64,000 bases of DNA from Thermodesulfobacteriota bacterium (GCA_034189385.1 JAXHVD010000013.1:32001-96000); one strand, 5' to 3'; counted from the first letter of the stretch, positions 31,688 to 43,104 are shown. Program-made: numbers and translations. The notes: generated from the sequence alone by a model not told the origin.

Positions 31688-31784
31688 GACATGGGCTTTG
31701 GACACATTGATTGTGGATGAATCGTCATCGGAAGTGGCTCGAAAGGCGACAGGTTCAGAAGATCGGCAAGTGAGGTCTTAAAAT

Positions 31785-32501
31785 ATGCGTATTAGCCCTG
31801 ATGACCTGGTTCTCTTCAGGTGGGGACCGATTGTCGTAAATGCAACCATTGTGTTTACCTGGGCTGTGATGGTCTTCATGGTTCTCGGGTCCATACTAGT
31901 GACACGCAAGATCACGTCAGAGACCCGGTTTTCTCGGTGGCAGAACCTTATGGAGGTCCTTGTCACCGGAATGAGGGATCAAATCCGCGAAATCAGCGGT
32001 CAAGATCCGGGGCAGTACTTGCCCTTTGTGGGCACGCTGTTTTTGTTCATCGCAGTGTGCAATCTTTTGAGCATCATCCCCGGCTACGAGGCGCCTACGG
32101 GGTCGCTTTCGACCACCGCGGCACTGGCCCTATGTGTGTTTGTGGCAGTTCCCTTGTATGGCATCGCCCACAAAGGAGGTTCGTATTTTGGACAGTACAT
32201 CAAGCCTTCCGTATTCATGCTTCCCTTTAATGTCATGGGAGAATTGTCCCGCACTCTGGCCCTGGCGGTGCGACTCTTTGGAAACGTTATGAGCGGGACT
32301 ATGATTGTTGCCATACTGCTTGCCGTTACCCCACTCATCTTTCCAATCGTGATGCAAGCCTTAGGCCTCCTTACCGGATTGATACAAGCATATATTTTTG
32401 CCATCCTGGCTATGGTGTACATCGCTGCTGCGACACGGGCCCGCCAGCGAGAGGGCCAGGCTAGTCAGGAAGGCGAGAAAGGAGATTTGCCAGATGGATA
32501 A
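31785..32501 (+). CDS. atpB: N-type Fo ATPase subunit a
   Basis: PT.SLSTT, ELSRTLALAVRLFGN and GLIQAYIF motifs. Confidence 0.95.
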   Translation: MRISPDDLVLFRWGPIVVNATIVFTWAVMVFMVLGSILVTRKITSETRFSRWQNLMEVLVTGMRDQIREISGQDPGQYLPFVGTLFLFIAVCNLLSIIPGYEAPTGSLSTTAALALCVFVAVPLYGIAHKGGSYFGQYIKPSVFMLPFNVMGELSRTLALAVRLFGNVMSGTMIVAILLAVTPLIFPIVMQALGLLTGLIQAYIFAILAMVYIAAATRARQREGQASQEGEKGDLPDG

Positions 32502-32772
32502 CGTTGGTCTCATTGGCACCATTTCTATTATTGCGTCCGGGTTAACGATCGCAATAGGTTCGGTTGGCCCTGCTTTAGGAGAAGGCCGGGCCTTGGCCCA
32601 GGCGTTGGGCTCTATTGCACAACAGCCGGACGAAGCCAACACCATCACACGCACGCTCTTTGTGGGCTTGGCGATGGTGGAATCGACGGCCATTTACTGC
32701 TTTGTGGTAGCGATGATTCTCATTTTTGCCAATCCATTCTGGGAACACGCTGTGTCCAAAGCTGGAGGATAA
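32494..32772 (+). CDS. atpE: N-type Fo ATPase subunit c (92 aa)
   Basis: GPALGEG...QQP...AMVESTAIY; AAAGGAG RBS before ATG 32494. Confidence 0.95.
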   Translation: MDNVGLIGTISIIASGLTIAIGSVGPALGEGRALAQALGSIAQQPDEANTITRTLFVGLAMVESTAIYCFVVAMILIFANPFWEHAVSKAGG

Positions 32773-32775
32773 TCC

Positions 32776-33612
32776 GTGCTGATCGATTGGTTCACAGTCA
32801 TTGCCCAGATCCTTAATTTTCTGGTGCTTGTTTACCTGCTGAAGCGCTTTCTCTATGGCCCTATTATCAAGGCCATGGATGAGCGTGAGAGACGAATTGC
32901 TGCTCGCATGGAAGAGGCGGAAGAGAAAAAAGAAGAAGCTCACCAGGAAGCGGAGCGCTACCAGGAGAAAAACAGAGAGCTTGATAGCCAGCGTGAGATT
33001 TTTCTAAGGCAAATGAAGGAAGAGGTGGAAGTTGAGCGTAAGGAGTTGGTCAGCCAGGCACGCAGCCAGGTCGATGCGATTCGGACCAATTGGTACGAGG
33101 CCGTGAAGCGGGAAAAGCACGCCTTTCTTCAGAATCTGCGCGAACGTACAAGTAAGCAGACATTTGATATAGCTCGCCGTGCCCTTAGAGACTTGGCCAA
33201 TGTCGATCTGGAACAGCACATCCTCAACGTTTTTGTCGATCGTCTTCGCGGTCTCAGTGATGAAGAGCAAGCTAAACTGAAAGAGTCTGTTCAGCAGTCA
33301 AAGGCGCGCATTACAGTCAGGAGTGCATTTGAGATTCCTCAAGACATGTCACCGGTGATCGTTGAAGTGCTTCAGGCCTATGCCTCGGGTCCCCTTGATG
33401 TACAGTTTGAAGCTTCTTTGGACGTAATATGCGGGATCGAACTCGTGGCACAGGGACGCAAAATTGCCTGGAGCTCAGGCGACTATCTCGATGCGCTGGA
33501 AACCACATTGGCGGACGTCCTAACATTGGATAAAGGGAAGGGAAGCACACAGGATGCCACCGAAAAGCAAGGAGAGAGCCCTCATCAACAGGCCAAAGAA
33601 GTAGAGGAGTGA
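32776..33612 (+). CDS. atpF: N-type ATPase long subunit b (b/delta-like)
   Basis: [27 protein letters not shown]; coiled coil; C-terminal ICGIEL...IAWS. Confidence 0.92.
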   Translation: MLIDWFTVIAQILNFLVLVYLLKRFLYGPIIKAMDERERRIAARMEEAEEKKEEAHQEAERYQEKNRELDSQREIFLRQMKEEVEVERKELVSQARSQVDAIRTNWYEAVKREKHAFLQNLRERTSKQTFDIARRALRDLANVDLEQHILNVFVDRLRGLSDEEQAKLKESVQQSKARITVRSAFEIPQDMSPVIVEVLQAYASGPLDVQFEASLDVICGIELVAQGRKIAWSSGDYLDALETTLADVLTLDKGKGSTQDATEKQGESPHQQAKEVEE

Positions 33613-33625
33613 TTGGTTCTTACAA

Positions 33626-35200
33626 ATGAGTGAAACGCTGACATCCTCTGTAGACGAGACGTTCGACGTCCTTGATGATGCATTGGAGAGTTATAGGCCG
33701 AAACTAAAGGGACGTGAGGTCGGCGTCGTAAGTTTTGTTGGGCAAGGCATCGCCCGTGTTGAAGGTCTGCCGCACGTGAGATCTGAAGAGCTTATCCTCT
33801 TTTCGGACAATGTGTTGGGGATGGTATTTAATGTGGATGTGTCGGACGTCGGTGTCGTTCTATTAGGTGAAAGCCCCACATTGAGGGCTGGATCAGAGGT
33901 CAGGAGGTCTGGGCGGGTGCTGGAGGTGCCTGTAGGCGATTCACTGATTGGGCGCCTCGTGGATCCTTTGGGTCGTCCAATGGACGATTTTGGCCCCATC
34001 AGACCTCTGGAAAGACGCCCTGTCGAGCGTGAAGCCCCGGAAATCATGGATCGTTCACCGGTTACGGTACCGCTTCAGACAGGTCTTAAGGTGGTAGACG
34101 CGTTGGTTCCCATTGGTCGTGGCCAGCGGGAACTTATTCTCGGTGACCGACAAACGGGAAAGACGGCCATCGCGCTCGACACGATTATTAACCAGCGAGA
34201 CAAAGATGTCCTTTGTGTCTACTGCGCCATTGGCCAGCGAAGTTCTTCGGTAGCCAAACTGATTAATGACTTGCGGAAGCATGAGGCCATGGCCTACTGC
34301 GTTGTTGTCGTGGCTGGGGGGGAAGATCCACCGGGGTTGCAGTTTGCGGCACCCTATGCAGCGACCACTATGGCTGAGTACTTTATGGAACAAGGGCGGG
34401 ATGTCTTGATCGTATACGATGACTTGACGCGCCATGCACAGGCCTACCGGGAACTGTCTCTTCTGTTGCGTCGGCCTCCTGGCAGAGAAGCTTTTCCGGG
34501 TGACATCTTCTACATTCACTCCCGACTCCTTGAACGGTCTACCCATCTTCGAGAGGAATTGGGGGGCGGCTCTCTCACCGCCGTGCCCATCGTAGAAACA
34601 GAATCCCAGAACATGTCAGCATATATTCCGACAAATATCATTTCTATCACAGACGGGCAGATCTATCTTTCGCCGGATCTGTTTCAGAAAGGTATCTTGC
34701 CTGCTGTCGATGTGGGAAAGTCCGTGTCTCGCGTAGGGGGTAAGACTCAGCTGCCCGCCTATCGCAAGATCGCCGGCCATCTGCGGCTTTCCTATTCTCA
34801 GTTTGAAGAACTGGAGACGTTTGCGCGCTTTGGAACACGTCTAGATGAGAATACTCGAAAAACCTTAGAGCATGGCCGTCGTGTCCGCGAAATTCTAAAA
34901 CAGCCTCAATATCGGCCTATGTCTGCCCCTGAACAGGTGGCCATTCTTTTGGCAGCAGCAGAGGGAGTATTTGATGCCCTTTCGCCGGGCAAAGTGGCTG
35001 CGGCAGAACAGCATATACGGGAAAGGATCACTGCCGAATTGGCATCCCTTTATGGGCAAATAGAGTCCGGGGCTGAGCTGAGCGAAGAGGATCGCGGCCG
35101 TGTTCTGGACATTGCTCGGGAAGCCATTCCCCGAGAAGTGATGAAAGAAGAGCAGCAAGTGGAATCAGATGTAATTCAGGGGGCTGGTGAGTCGAGTTGA
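33626..35200 (+). CDS. atpA: N-type F1 ATPase alpha subunit
   Basis: [27 protein letters not shown] and SVSRVGG motifs. Confidence 0.97.
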   Translation: MSETLTSSVDETFDVLDDALESYRPKLKGREVGVVSFVGQGIARVEGLPHVRSEELILFSDNVLGMVFNVDVSDVGVVLLGESPTLRAGSEVRRSGRVLEVPVGDSLIGRLVDPLGRPMDDFGPIRPLERRPVEREAPEIMDRSPVTVPLQTGLKVVDALVPIGRGQRELILGDRQTGKTAIALDTIINQRDKDVLCVYCAIGQRSSSVAKLINDLRKHEAMAYCVVVVAGGEDPPGLQFAAPYAATTMAEYFMEQGRDVLIVYDDLTRHAQAYRELSLLLRRPPGREAFPGDIFYIHSRLLERSTHLREELGGGSLTAVPIVETESQNMSAYIPTNIISITDGQIYLSPDLFQKGILPAVDVGKSVSRVGGKTQLPAYRKIAGHLRLSYSQFEELETFARFGTRLDENTRKTLEHGRRVREILKQPQYRPMSAPEQVAILLAAAEGVFDALSPGKVAAAEQHIRERITAELASLYGQIESGAELSEEDRGRVLDIAREAIPREVMKEEQQVESDVIQGAGESS

Positions 35201-35206
35201 TCCGTC

Positions 35207-36106
35207 ATGGAAACCATTGAATCCCTGATCCGTAGGATTAAGAGTGCTGAGGATCTGCACTCTGTTGTGCGGACGATGAAAGCCCTCGCTGCTGTGAGCA
35301 TACGGCAGTACGAGAAGGCCGCAGAATCTCTGGCTGAATATAACCGGGCCGTGGAAATGGGATTTCAGGTTATCTTGAAACAGAAGCCACCGGGCATCAA
35401 GCTCGCCAAACCGGTCTTGAATGGACATTTAGTCGCGATTGTGTTCGGTTCTGATCAGGGTATGGTTGGACAATTCAACGAAGTCATAGCACGATACGCA
35501 GCCGGCGAGTTGGAAAAAAGAAGAAGCCGGTCACGAAATATTCACATCCTTGCGGCTGGTGCGCGGGTTTTGGCCCGACTTCAGGAAGCAGGGCAAGCTG
35601 TTGAGGATCTTATTGGACTGCCCGGTTCGGCAGCAGCCATTACACCCGTTGTGCACAGCGTCGTACGCAAAGTGGAGATGTGGCGGTCCGAGCGAGGGGT
35701 CGACGAAGTGCTTCTTTTTTTTAATAGACCCTTGTCTGGCGCGTCTTATACTCCCCACACCACCCAGCTGCTCCCCGTGGACTTGAAGTGGTTTCAGGAT
35801 TTAGAACACAAGGCGTGGCCCTGTCGCGCCGTTCCCTTCTTCACCATGGAATGGCAGAGACTCTTTTCCTTGTTGATTCGCGAATACCTTTTCGTATCTG
35901 TATACCGTTCCTTTGCTGAATCGCTGGCAGGAGAAAATGCCAGCCGGCTGGCATCCATGCAAGCCGCTGAGAGAAATATCGAGAATCGGCTGCAGGAATT
36001 GACCACTCAATTTCACCAACAACGACAGAGCTCCATCGATGCGGAACTGTTCGATCTTGTGACCGGCTTTGAGGCGTTGAGCGGCGGTGAGAGTGAACTG
36101 CTGTAG
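35207..36106 (+). CDS. atpG: N-type F1 ATPase gamma subunit
   Basis: VVRTMKALAA, GSDQG.VG and E.ASRL.SMQAA...RQ..I..EL motifs. Confidence 0.95.
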   Translation: METIESLIRRIKSAEDLHSVVRTMKALAAVSIRQYEKAAESLAEYNRAVEMGFQVILKQKPPGIKLAKPVLNGHLVAIVFGSDQGMVGQFNEVIARYAAGELEKRRSRSRNIHILAAGARVLARLQEAGQAVEDLIGLPGSAAAITPVVHSVVRKVEMWRSERGVDEVLLFFNRPLSGASYTPHTTQLLPVDLKWFQDLEHKAWPCRAVPFFTMEWQRLFSLLIREYLFVSVYRSFAESLAGENASRLASMQAAERNIENRLQELTTQFHQQRQSSIDAELFDLVTGFEALSGGESELL

Positions 36107-36295
36107 GGGCGTTGTTTCAGAGAGAGATCAAAGATCTTTGCGCGCACAGTATTCAATCGCAGTTGCAGGCGGAAATTCTCTCCGGCTCGTCAATCGTGTC
36201 ATGTGTGATTCACCTTTCTAGTGCGCCGTAAGCGCCCTTCCGCATATTTGAGTCGCATTCCAGCTTCTAAATCTTCTGAGGAAAGGAGGGAGATC

Positions 36296-37237
36296 ATGGC
36301 TGATCTGACCAAGATGATCGTCGTACCCATGGATGGCTCCAAGAACGAATTGAGATCCTTAGACTATCTGAACCTCATTTTTGGTCCCAGGCACAATTTA
36401 GACGTGACTCTCTTCTATGTGCTTTCCAGTCTGCCCCCAATCCCGTTGGAGGAGCAAGGTATGAACCGAGAGAGCAGGCTCCAGGTAAAATCTGTTGAGG
36501 AACAGAACATCCGGATGGCCGAGCGTATTCTCAGAGAAGCCAAGGTTGCCCTTGTTCGAAAAGGATTCGAAAAAGGGCGTGTGAAGACGCTCTATAAGCG
36601 CAGAAAGGTCGGTACTGCCCGAGATATTTGCATGTGGGCAGACGACAATCGTGCCGATAGCGTACTCATTAGTACTAGGGGGCGAAGTCGCTTACAGGCT
36701 TTTTTATGGGGAAAATCTCTAGGAAGTTACTGGAATATTGTAAGGTTTGCCCGGTTTGGATAGTATCAGGCCCTGTTGCCTCTGCACAGGTGCTCGTTGC
36801 TATCGATAGCTCAGAGGACGCTATCAGAGCAGTAGACCATGCCGGCTTCGTCTTCTCGGGAACTGACTGTGAAATTACCCTCTTTCATACCATGCGACAT
36901 CTAAGGCGCTACGTTCCACAAGGGGGTTTTGCAGGCTGCGCCGGAACTTGAAGGGCTTTGTAAGCAGAAAGCTGGAGAACAAATAGATCCCTTCATGAAG
37001 AAAGCTAGAGAGATGCTGCTTCAAGCAGGGCTTGCGGAAACTCAGGTTGCTACCAAAGTGGTAGACGGGAGCAGAAGTGCGGCGAATGATATCGTTAAGG
37101 AAGCTAAGAAAAGAAGATTTGGAACCATCGTCTTGGGACGCCGAGGCGAGTCCGGGAGCAAAGAGTTCCTCATGGGTTGCGTGGCCGGCAAGGTTTTAGA
37201 GGCTGCTGACGATATGACCGTCATGATCGTTCAGTAG
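36296..37237 (+). pseudogene. tandem-domain universal stress protein split by two homopolymer frameshifts
   Basis: IVVPMDGS...STRGRS (frame A); GKISRK...VLVAIDSSE (frame B); IVLGRRG...MGCV (frame A); shifts at T6 36700-36705 and G5 36922-36926. Confidence 0.75.
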
Positions 37238-37346
37238 GGCGCCATTGGGTATAATCCTCTGCCTGAAAGGCCAGGTTACCCATCTTTTCATATCTTTCAA
37301 AACGACTGACCAAAATGCAATATCCTTTCTGCGCGAGTAATTAACA

Positions 37347-38318
37347 GTGACCGCCTTGCTGCCATATGTCCTTCTTATTATTGGGTTTGTCCTGCTCATC
37401 AAGGGTGCGGACTTTCTGGTTGATGGCGCTTCATCCATTGCCAGGCGGTTTAATGTGTCTGATCTGGTGATTGGCCTTACCGTTGTTGCTTTTGGCACAT
37501 CAACCCCTGAATTGTTTGTCAATATTGTTGCCAGCATCAAGGGCAACACCGACATCGCCATTGGCAACGTCTTGGGCAGCAATATCGCCAATGTGTTCCT
37601 CATCCTTGGTGTTTCCTCTATTATTTACCCCTTGACAGTGACAAAGGGCACAGTCTGGAAAGAGATTCCATTAAGTCTTCTGGCGGCTGTTCTCCTAGGC
37701 ATCTTGGCAAATGACCAACTCATCGATAGACGCCAGTTCTCTTCGTTGACCAGGATAGATGGGCTGGTGCTTCTTTCCTTCTTTATCATATTCATTTATT
37801 ACTCTTTGAGCATAGCAAAGAGAATAGAGGGCATGGAAGAACACGTTCCTGCCAAGCAGTATGGAGTGCTAAAGTCGTTGCTTTTTGTTTTCGCAGGGCT
37901 CGCCTGTTTGAGCGTTGGGGGAAAGTGGATTGTCGAAGGGGCTGTGCATTTAGCTTTGACTCTGGGAATGAGCCAATCATTGGTGGGACTGACGGTGGTT
38001 GCCATCGGCACATCACTGCCTGAATTGGCCACATCGGCTGTCGCTGCCCATAGAAAGAATGTCGAAATAGCGGTGGGCAATGTGGTCGGCTCAAATATCT
38101 TTAACATTTTCTTTGTCTTGGGGATTAGTGCGACCGTCAAGCCGCTTCCCTTTAAGACCACGAGCAACATAGACGTGGGCATGGTAATTGTGGCCAGCCT
38201 ACTACTATTCACGTACATGTTTACTGGGAAAAAGCGGCAACTAGACAGGTGGGAGGGGGGAATATTTGTTGTCCTGTACGTGGGTTATCTCGTGTTTCTG
38301 ATTGTGAAAGGGCACTGA
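37347..38318 (+). CDS. calcium/sodium antiporter (CaCA, YrbG-like)
   Basis: GTSTPE...GNVLGSN and GTSLPE...GNVVGSN alpha repeats. Confidence 0.93.
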   Translation: MTALLPYVLLIIGFVLLIKGADFLVDGASSIARRFNVSDLVIGLTVVAFGTSTPELFVNIVASIKGNTDIAIGNVLGSNIANVFLILGVSSIIYPLTVTKGTVWKEIPLSLLAAVLLGILANDQLIDRRQFSSLTRIDGLVLLSFFIIFIYYSLSIAKRIEGMEEHVPAKQYGVLKSLLFVFAGLACLSVGGKWIVEGAVHLALTLGMSQSLVGLTVVAIGTSLPELATSAVAAHRKNVEIAVGNVVGSNIFNIFFVLGISATVKPLPFKTTSNIDVGMVIVASLLLFTYMFTGKKRQLDRWEGGIFVVLYVGYLVFLIVKGH

Positions 38319-38545
38319 TTCTTAGTCTGAATCGAGAGGGATGTGCTGAATGTGCAAAAGGAAAAAGATATCAGACATAAAGCATATTGGCTTTATTTCC
38401 AATAGGTTTTCAGGAACTGACGACGTGTCACTGGAGACAGCAAAACAAGAGAACAGAGAACAAAGGACCCCGGACCCCTTGGTAAGTTCATCGCATTACT
38501 TCTAAGATTATATTTTTGGCAAGAACTTGCCTCTGTCAACAAACG

Positions 38546-39232
38546 CTACTCCTTGCCAGGCTTATCTGTGGCCATCCGTTCATATTCTTCTTTGGCATTT
38601 TCTGCTTCAACGATTTCAAGTTTCTCCTTGATAGCCGCCTTGTCGAAACTCCGCTGCTTCTCCTCGACTTTCTTCTGATAATCCGTCATTGAATACTTCT
38701 GAGCTGAGGGAGCCTTTTCAGCAACGAGCTGTGTTATCCAAGCCAAATCTCGTTTAGCTTCAGCTAATTCTACTCCAAACTTAGCTTTCTTTACCCCGGT
38801 CTTCCGAGCTTTCACTACTTCTGTTTTCCAGCTCACAAGCAGGTTGGCCACTTGCATGTCTTGCCGTGCCTTCTTGACTGCCGCAGCAGCAGTACCCATC
38901 CGATCCGTCTCACCATTTTCTTCTGCAGCTTTTTCTTCAGCCCTAACTGCCTTTAGTTCCAATTCTTTTATTTGAAGAGTGCGTTTTGCATTTGTTAAAT
39001 CTTTTTCAGCCTTTTTCTTTTCCTCCTCTGCACGAGCCAGTTCCACTCGCGCCAGGAACACCTCAAGTTCGGGCTCCTTGAGTGCTTCCAGGCCGTCTGG
39101 AGAAAGCTGTGTCAAGTCAGCAAACTTCACTGAATCTCCGAAAAGGCCGGCCTGAGTATTCGTATGCAAAGCCACTAAAAAGCAAAAAAAGACTGCGGAA
39201 ACCAGTTTTGGCAGCGTGTTCATGGCTTTCAT
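38546..39232 (-). CDS. secreted coiled-coil hypothetical protein
   Basis: Signal peptide ending TQA; Ala/Glu/Lys-rich heptads. Confidence 0.7.
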   Translation of the reverse strand: MKAMNTLPKLVSAVFFCFLVALHTNTQAGLFGDSVKFADLTQLSPDGLEALKEPELEVFLARVELARAEEEKKKAEKDLTNAKRTLQIKELELKAVRAEEKAAEENGETDRMGTAAAAVKKARQDMQVANLLVSWKTEVVKARKTGVKKAKFGVELAEAKRDLAWITQLVAEKAPSAQKYSMTDYQKKVEEKQRSFDKAAIKEKLEIVEAENAKEEYERMATDKPGKE

Positions 39233-39426
39233 CTTGTTTCCCCCTATTCTGTCTGGGTTACTATCGTTTCCATTTCCATTTTGACAAAGGGCTGCAGCTG
39301 TCTCGGTTCCTATATATAACAATAGGCTTCCGCTGTCCAGATCCTGGCCACTTCCACCCCTACACACGAGATGAGGCTCGCAGAACTAATTACCCGTCTG
39401 CCCATTCTCACAGGCACCATCGTGCT

Positions 39427-42400
39427 TCAGTAATTTTTTTTCCAGTTAATGCCGGCCCCTCCTTCGGCGTTTTCGCCAATCTCAGTTTCCAATGTAATGC
39501 TTGGTGTGACATCGATCTCTATGGAAGTCTTTCCGCTTTCGGGCCCTGACCCCTTTTCCACCTCAAGGTACACGCCCTCCCGCAGATACTTGCCGGCGCT
39601 GATGCTGGCCTCTTTGGCGTCTTCTCCTGACTGTTTGACTTCCAACTGGTCCACGCCCAACATCTTGCGGGCCCGTCCCATGAAGTCAAAGCCGCCCCCG
39701 GACGTAAGGGTCCTGGCGGCATGGGCCAACCTGACGGCCTGCATGGGAGTGATGTGGGCTACGCCCCGGCCGAAAAGCACGCGAGACAGGACTTCGTCTG
39801 ACGGCAGTTCAGGGACGGAAGAAAGCGTAACCTCTGGTGCAAGAACAGACCCAGAAAGCTGGAGGTGCGCAGTGATCTCCTTGGCCTGGCATTCGCCCAG
39901 GACGTCCAAGTAGGGCGACAATGGGAGCGAAGGATCCAGTGTGAGCGTCCCCCGTTGAAGAGAAAAGCGTTTCCCCATAAAGTTGAAGTGCCCCCGCACG
40001 ACAGAAAGCTTCCCTGTTATGACCGGGCTGCTGGCGCTACCAGTGATGGTAAGGCTGCCTTGCCATTCAGAGTCCAGTCCTCGACCGCGCAAGAAGGCCC
40101 TTCCAGGGGAGTCCACTTGCATATTCAAGTCAAGGGCCATGGCTTCTTCACCCTTCTTGGCCGGCAGAGCAGGTCCATTTTCGCTTTCGCCATGGAGTTC
40201 GATGACGTCCAGCTCAACTATTTCAGGAGGGATCCGGTTGGGAATGCGGAGTTCTGCCTGCGGCACTTGGAGGTTGCCTGAAAGGGACGCCTTGGCAAGG
40301 GCTCCCGATAACACCACCTGTCCTGTGGCCGTGGCCGTGGCATTGTCGAGTCTAAGCACTGTGGCTTGATCCAGGGTCATGGCCAATTGGAAAGGGAAAC
40401 CCTTTTTAGAAAGAAGCTCCAGCCAACCTTCAGCCGAGATGGTACCAGTCCCCCCGTCGGTGGCCCGGGCGTGCCTGATGCCCAGCCGCCGGTTTTCCGT
40501 GGTCACGGCCATGTCGATCTCTTTGAAGGTGGTGCCGCTTCGGAGGTGTTCATAAGCCCCATTTCCCACAGAGCCGGTGACGGTTACGTTCGGGGCGCCC
40601 ATTGTGCCGTCTAAGGCCAGACTGAGATCAAGGGTCCCCTCCATGACCTGGTCGTCCAGCAAGAAGGCCGACGGCATCCATGCCATGTCGATTTCGCCGG
40701 TAAGTTGGCCACGGAGTCTTCCGTCAGCCGGCATGGCCCAGGCAAAAGGCGCGAGGGAGAACTTGAAAGGCATATCGAGGTCGGCCTCAAAAGGCTGGTC
40801 ACCCAGGCCCTGGAGCGTGAGGGCGGTCTGGAGCCTGTCTTGTCCCAGTTCAGCCTTGGCCTTGAGTGTTGCCATCGGAACCCCTTGAGATGGGGACGCA
40901 CGGCGAGCCATCTCCCGGATGTGCAGTTCCACAGCCCCCGCAGGTTTCTCAGGGGGGCCGTGAAGGTGGATGTTCCCATCCAATATGCCGGAGAGGACCG
41001 GGGCCCCAATGAGGCTTAGGGCCTGCATGGGCAAGGCCTCCATTGTCCCCTTTAGAGTGAAGGCTGCTTTGGAAAAATCACCTGAGCATTCGAGATGCCC
41101 TAAGCCAACGTTTAGGCCGAAGGGATTTAAGGTGTATCCTGCCTCGGTGCTCGTGACGGATGTAGGTTTTGACAGCATGAAGGGGAACTCCGCATAGTGT
41201 CCATCCAGTTGGCTGAATTCCAGAGTCTTGACTTTTGGGGTGACCCTGAAAACCCCGGCGGTATTGATTTCCAATCTGTCTTGGTATTGGCCTTTGGCGC
41301 TGCTGGAAAAGTTCACCTCATGGCTGTTTCCGCTAGCGTTGAGGAGAAGAGACTCCAGGGTAAGGTCGTTGCGCCCATAACCCTTCAGCTCAAGTTCTGT
41401 AGTCACCTCTGGATTTTGGAAGGGGGTCGTCACCTCGCCCCGCCATATCAAGTTTCCTACTTCTCCATAGGGGCTCGTCAAATTTTTTCCCTGAGCGACA
41501 ACAATGACGTTTTGGCCCCTTTCTTCCACATCAAGGTTGCATGCAAGTTCAGCAGCTCCCTTGATTTCCGGCCCGATCAAAGGGGACAGGTCTGAAAGCT
41601 TGCGAAACGCTCCTTGAAGCTCTCCCACCACTGTGTGCCTGTTCAAATCCAAAGTCACGTTGCCAGTCAGGGCGTTTGCTCCGACTTTGGTTGAGAGGGC
41701 GGTCAGGCTTAGCGAGGGACCCTCCACGGCGAAGTCACTGACAAGTTCAAAGGGCTGTTCTCCATGTCGGAGGCTTACCTGTAAATCGCCTTCCCCTCGG
41801 GTGGGCCACCCCTCGGCGTTTAGGGAGGCATGGACTTGTTGGATCAGGAGCCCTGCCAGCAGAAGCTGCTCAGACGCTACCTCCACATTCAAGTGTGGCT
41901 CGGCGAACGGTCCCTGGACCTTCCCATCTACCTGCAATGTGCCTTCAAGACTCCGTCCAAGGGCCGGACCAAGGATGGCAAGGGTTGGCACGGTCAAGTG
42001 GCAGGAAACTTCAAGGTGTTCCTCCAGCAAGTCCACAGAAGCGCTACCGGCAAGCTGTACTGCCGCAGTCTGGATCTCGAACTGCTTAACGGTGAGTCCC
42101 TTTGTCTCCTCAAGTGTCACATGGCTGGAAAAATCCACCCCATCCCCTAAGAGGGCATTTAAAAACGGGGCTGTTTGCTCCAGAAAGTGGATGGCGCCAT
42201 GAACATAGACGGCAATGTCCCCGGCCTGGCCATGGCCGTTCATGGAGGCCTCGAACCTGAAACGGGCGCTTTTGCCGACCATAGCCTCGCCAAGGGCGAG
42301 CTCCTCAATGGCAAGGCGCTGGATCGTTACTTGCCCCAAGGTCTTGGGCCAGGCCGGTGATCCTTCGGGGCCCCCCTGTCCCTTGTCATTACCGTTGAGC

Positions 42401-42759
42401 GGCAGTCGGTCAAGCTCCATGCTGTTGACGCCGAGTTCTGCAATGTGGATTCGCCCACGGAGAAGAGCCAAGGGTGACCAGCGCAGCGTCACGTCTTTGA
42501 CTGCCAGCCACTGGCCGTCCCCATCATTGAAGGCGATCCGGTTCACACCAAGGCTGAATGGGACGAGGCCCCTGATCTCGCCCATCTCAACCTGCCCCTC
42601 ACCAGGTTTGCTCAGGCCGGAGGCGACCAGGTTTTTTATGTACCTTCTAGCTGGGCCTGTTTGGGCTGCACCGATCACAAGGGCAAGAACAAGGACAACC
42701 GCCGCTGTACCGAGGCCCACCCATTGGGCCATCCTTTTTATGATGTGCTTCGAGTTCAT
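39427..42759 (-). CDS. tamB: translocation and assembly module TamB
   Basis: 1110 aa; N-terminal TM anchor; DUF490-like C-terminus (GRGLDSE, S.PELP.DEVLSRVLFG, AGKYL). Confidence 0.9.
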   Translation of the reverse strand: MNSKHIIKRMAQWVGLGTAAVVLVLALVIGAAQTGPARRYIKNLVASGLSKPGEGQVEMGEIRGLVPFSLGVNRIAFNDGDGQWLAVKDVTLRWSPLALLRGRIHIAELGVNSMELDRLPLNGNDKGQGGPEGSPAWPKTLGQVTIQRLAIEELALGEAMVGKSARFRFEASMNGHGQAGDIAVYVHGAIHFLEQTAPFLNALLGDGVDFSSHVTLEETKGLTVKQFEIQTAAVQLAGSASVDLLEEHLEVSCHLTVPTLAILGPALGRSLEGTLQVDGKVQGPFAEPHLNVEVASEQLLLAGLLIQQVHASLNAEGWPTRGEGDLQVSLRHGEQPFELVSDFAVEGPSLSLTALSTKVGANALTGNVTLDLNRHTVVGELQGAFRKLSDLSPLIGPEIKGAAELACNLDVEERGQNVIVVAQGKNLTSPYGEVGNLIWRGEVTTPFQNPEVTTELELKGYGRNDLTLESLLLNASGNSHEVNFSSSAKGQYQDRLEINTAGVFRVTPKVKTLEFSQLDGHYAEFPFMLSKPTSVTSTEAGYTLNPFGLNVGLGHLECSGDFSKAAFTLKGTMEALPMQALSLIGAPVLSGILDGNIHLHGPPEKPAGAVELHIREMARRASPSQGVPMATLKAKAELGQDRLQTALTLQGLGDQPFEADLDMPFKFSLAPFAWAMPADGRLRGQLTGEIDMAWMPSAFLLDDQVMEGTLDLSLALDGTMGAPNVTVTGSVGNGAYEHLRSGTTFKEIDMAVTTENRRLGIRHARATDGGTGTISAEGWLELLSKKGFPFQLAMTLDQATVLRLDNATATATGQVVLSGALAKASLSGNLQVPQAELRIPNRIPPEIVELDVIELHGESENGPALPAKKGEEAMALDLNMQVDSPGRAFLRGRGLDSEWQGSLTITGSASSPVITGKLSVVRGHFNFMGKRFSLQRGTLTLDPSLPLSPYLDVLGECQAKEITAHLQLSGSVLAPEVTLSSVPELPSDEVLSRVLFGRGVAHITPMQAVRLAHAARTLTSGGGFDFMGRARKMLGVDQLEVKQSGEDAKEASISAGKYLREGVYLEVEKGSGPESGKTSIEIDVTPSITLETEIGENAEGGAGINWKKNY

Positions 42760-42927
42760 GTATCTAACTCAAGTTTTCGCCAGGCGGCTTCAAAAGAGGC
42801 GCACCCCTTATTTCCACAATTAGTGGGTGTGTCAAGACTTGTATCCCCCGGATTTGGCAACAGAGGGATGGGGAAATTCGCAGAGCGAAGGCCTACAGCC
42901 ATTGCCACCTAGAATTTCATTCACAGA

Positions 42928-43104
42928 CTCGCAAGAAGTCTTTTCGCGAACGACATTGAGCATTCTTGGGATAAGATTCATGATAAGCGGAGCGTAAGAA
43001 TCGCGAACTGTTTGAGGGCGTGAGCCCGAGTTTTCGTGATTTAGCGGAGCGCAGAATGAATCCCAAGAATTCTCACGGAGTGAGCGAATCGGACTTTTTG
43101 CGAA
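42928..43104. repeat. long nested palindromic element related to the MITE-like insert
   Basis: Outer arms CTCGCAAGAAGTC / GACTTTTTGCGAA; inner arms 42957-42972 and 43060-43075 (15/16 complementary). Confidence 0.6.
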
